Shown: positions 7,990 to 10,589 of the stretch, piece by piece | How positions within the stretch are numbered: the stretch's first letter is position 1 | How the letters are laid out: each line of letters begins with the position of its first letter | Source: a bacterium | Lineage (GTDB): Bacteria > SAR324 > NAC60-12 | DNA: 10,589 nucleotides | Direction of reading: 5' to 3' | NCBI GenBank assembly: GCA_965233585.1 | Contig: CBDDTI010000417.1 | Location: 1 to 10,589 of the forward strand | Translations under genes and position numbers: made by a program | The notes under the pieces: generated by a model | What the model was told of the DNA's origin: nothing | The model's database searches: none | Seen by the model: the letters and a program-made list of their open reading frames with translations, nothing else

Positions 7990-8498
7990 CAGTAGAGCCT
8001 AGTAACTCGAACTGTACGGGTGAAACAAAAAACAATTTGAGATAGCGAGGGGTTGATGGCACAATTCAATTTGCCACATTTAAAATCGATAGTTGTTGAA
8101 TTTTTTAGCACTTCAGTGTTTAGTGCACTGTAAATTAAGCTTATTTCATAAAAATGGTAATTGGGCATTTTTATGATAAAATGTGGTTAGTTCATTGCAC
8201 CACTCAAACATCAAATGTATGTAGTGTTGACCACAGTGTTAGTTTTTACCGACTATAGAAAAGAAGAGCTAATGGGATGGCATCCAAGTGGAGTTACAAG
8301 AACCAGAGCTTGAGTTAACGGGGTAAAACATTTCAGTGAATTTTTGATCAAGGGAAAGGAAATTCAGTTCGAGTAGGCGGGAAAATCGAGGTATCCGAGT
8401 TCGAGTTAATAAAAAAAATGACTGAAAAGTGGGCTGAAATCCAAGGGAAATAGGACTAAGTTCGAGTTCTCCGAGTTCGTGTTTTTGGGGTTCTACTG
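7990..8498. mobile_element. Tc1/mariner-pogo-like MITE (509 bp), TA TSD
   Basis: TA|CAGTAGAGCCTAGTAACTCGAACT at 7988-8013 versus AGTTCGTGTTTTTGGGGTTCTACTG|TA at 8474-8500; several subterminal GTTCGAGT repeats in 8368-8468. Confidence 0.82.
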
Positions 8499-9896
8499 TA
8501 CTTACAATATATGCAAGAGCAGCGATTACCAGTCCAGAGGTCTTAAAAGAAGAAGAAGGAGAAGCAGTTCTAACTGTGCTGCCGGCAGCTGAGTACTTGA
8601 ATTGAGGAACATGATCACCACGGAGAAGCGTGAATTATCGGTGATCTGTCCTAAATGTTGCTTGCTGCTTTCAGTCACTTCTAATAGTACAGCAGGGTTT
8701 AAAAGAAAATCCAACAGGCATCCTTTCCACTCTTTAAGGGGGGAGAAACTTAACTACAAGTCTGTTGCTAAGGAAATCTGAAAACCTCCTTTTTTCTGGC
8801 TCCTGAAGTCCAGTGGGCATCAAAGTTTACCGTGTTTGTTCGTTTCCTTTAAATGTTTCGCACCACGCCCATATTTGGTATGTCACGTGACCACAATAGA
8901 AAACGTCTACAAACTCGGACTGAGTGCATCGTTTTCGAAATATAACAATACATTTTGCCAAAACACAGCATTATCTACAACTTGTAGTATGCGTTTGAGG
9001 AAATGTAAAATATTTCGAAAATTATAGATCTTTAAGTGCTTTTATAGCGTCTTATCCAGCACCCTGCAAACAAAACTCCAGCATGCTGCAAACATTATAA
9101 CTCGAATTTACATTTGAATAATACTTGAATAAAATCATTGAATACATGTACACTGTAAGAACATCAAATGACAGTCAGGGGAAGACCAATAAAAGTTTAG
9201 TCCTAATTTTATACCTTTGCTGCAACAAAATATATCATAGATACAAATGAATTTATGCGAGATCATGCCTTAAGCAAGGGATGCAGACATTTCTCGGGCA
9301 AGGCAGGGGAATTTCTGGAATTAATTTGTCAATGAAAGTGGGCGGAGTAGGACATAAAAATATGAGTCTGTTTCACAGTTTGGTAACTTTTAAAGTTTGA
9401 CATACAAAGTAGATCAAAAGAGGGAGACTTAACTTAATTATCTTATATCTTTTTGTTTTTTAATTAAGGTGGTAGGCCTGACTTTAACGTATCTATTTTG
9501 GATAGAAATTGACATTTCTCCAAGTTAAGAAAACTGCCTGAACCAAACACATATTGGGTTGAGGTAACTTTAGTTAGAAGCTTCAGATATATAAATTCCA
9601 ATGTCAAATTGATTTCAGAGAATTTTTCACCTCAGATGACCAATCACAATTCAATTGTGGGCCCAAAACTAAAATATCTGCATTTTACGCAGATATATAA
9701 AAACACTATAAGAAACGGATGGCTGACAGTAAGGAGAATCTAATATTTATATCTTGGAAGTAAGAGGGGAAAAAAGTGAACTTACAACATGAGGGATTTA
9801 TCGAGATGTGTTTCTCAATATTATCACCACCTTGCAATTATGTCTATGGGACACCGTCAGTGTTCAATCAATGGGAAGCAAGTGCATTTCCCCATA

Positions 9897-10327
9897 CAGT
9901 CGAACCTCAATTATCCAGACTCGTTGGGACTAGACGAAATAGTCCAGATAATAGAAAATATGAATATTAATAAAGAACAAAACTGCTTATAAATAAAGCA
10001 ACATTTAATCATGAAACAGCACTTTTAAAAATCATTTGGAAAACAATATGGTCCACATCTTGCACCTCTCAACTCTGAGCCAATCTGACCTCGTTTGAGT
10101 GTTCTTCATTAGTTAGGACGCCTGCGAGTGCTGCTTTTGCCCTTTAAAAGCAAAACAAACTTGCTTTTGACTGCACGTTTAATGCTATAGTTTTAAAAAG
10201 AACATGGAGCCCTATGGATCGTGATCATGACTAACAAATATTCATGGCAAAATTGAGGCGAGAGAAAAAGTCTGGATAATCAAGAAATCTGGATAATCAA
10301 GGTAGGGGGATAATCAAGGTTTAACTG
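9897..10327. mobile_element. Tc1/mariner-pogo-like MITE (431 bp), TA TSD
   Basis: TA|CAGTCGAACCTCAATTATCC (9895-9916) versus GGATAATCAAGGTTTAACTG|TA (10308-10329); GGATAATCAAG repeated three times in 10274-10318. Confidence 0.85.
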
Positions 10328-10589
10328 TAGCATTGGCCATAAGTGTTGCTTACCATGATGGTAGCCATGTTTATTTATGAGGCTCAAAATTTGTCATGAA
10401 GTATAAAAATTAATGAAACTGAATGTAGTTTACGCATGCACATTACTGGTGTTGGCCACTGAAGATGAAGACGTAAACCTTGAAACGCAAGATCTCATTG
10501 ACTTGCAAATGTATTTTGCGTTACTTCATTTTTTTTTTAAATTTGCCTCTTCCACCCTCGCATTTAGGATTCTTGAGACTTGTTATGTG

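Noticed and set aside
9674..9696. 8-bp hairpin ATATCTGC/GCAGATAT (and a similar one at 7334-7357)
   Set aside because: Short isolated inverted repeats are expected by chance in 10 kb of AT-rich DNA.
180..9992. All ORFs in the supplied track (61-117 aa)
   Set aside because: Short, many use non-ATG starts, mostly overlap repeats or low-complexity sequence, and show no recognisable domains; consistent with chance ORFs.
10459..10495. CTGAAGA...GAAAC hammerhead-like spacing
   Set aside because: Stem II pairs only ~3 bp out of register, and no stem I or proper stem III/UH can be formed.

Overview
AT-rich, essentially non-coding eukaryotic DNA; the repeat types resemble those of cnidarian/coral genomes (inference from recall, not searched). 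No intact protein-coding gene is supported. The window opens with the 3' end of a Penelope-like retroelement (PLE): a fold-back inverted repeat (1-62), the C-terminal ORF remnant [33 protein letters not shown] (38-154) and a complete minimal type I hammerhead ribozyme motif in the 3' UTR (384-429). Positions 1023-6124 are a four-level nest of non-autonomous DNA elements. The outermost is a TTA-flanked MITE. Inside it is a Helentron/DINE-1-like element carrying a microsatellite, a ~316-bp higher-order tandem repeat, a tRNA-like segment and a 3' hairpin. Inside that is a CAGGG-TIR element with GGATC subterminal repeats, which itself holds a G-rich MITE fragment and a multi-hairpin element. The right half has two TA-flanked CAGT-terminated MITEs, further MITE fragments and unique sequence that is probably intronic or intergenic.
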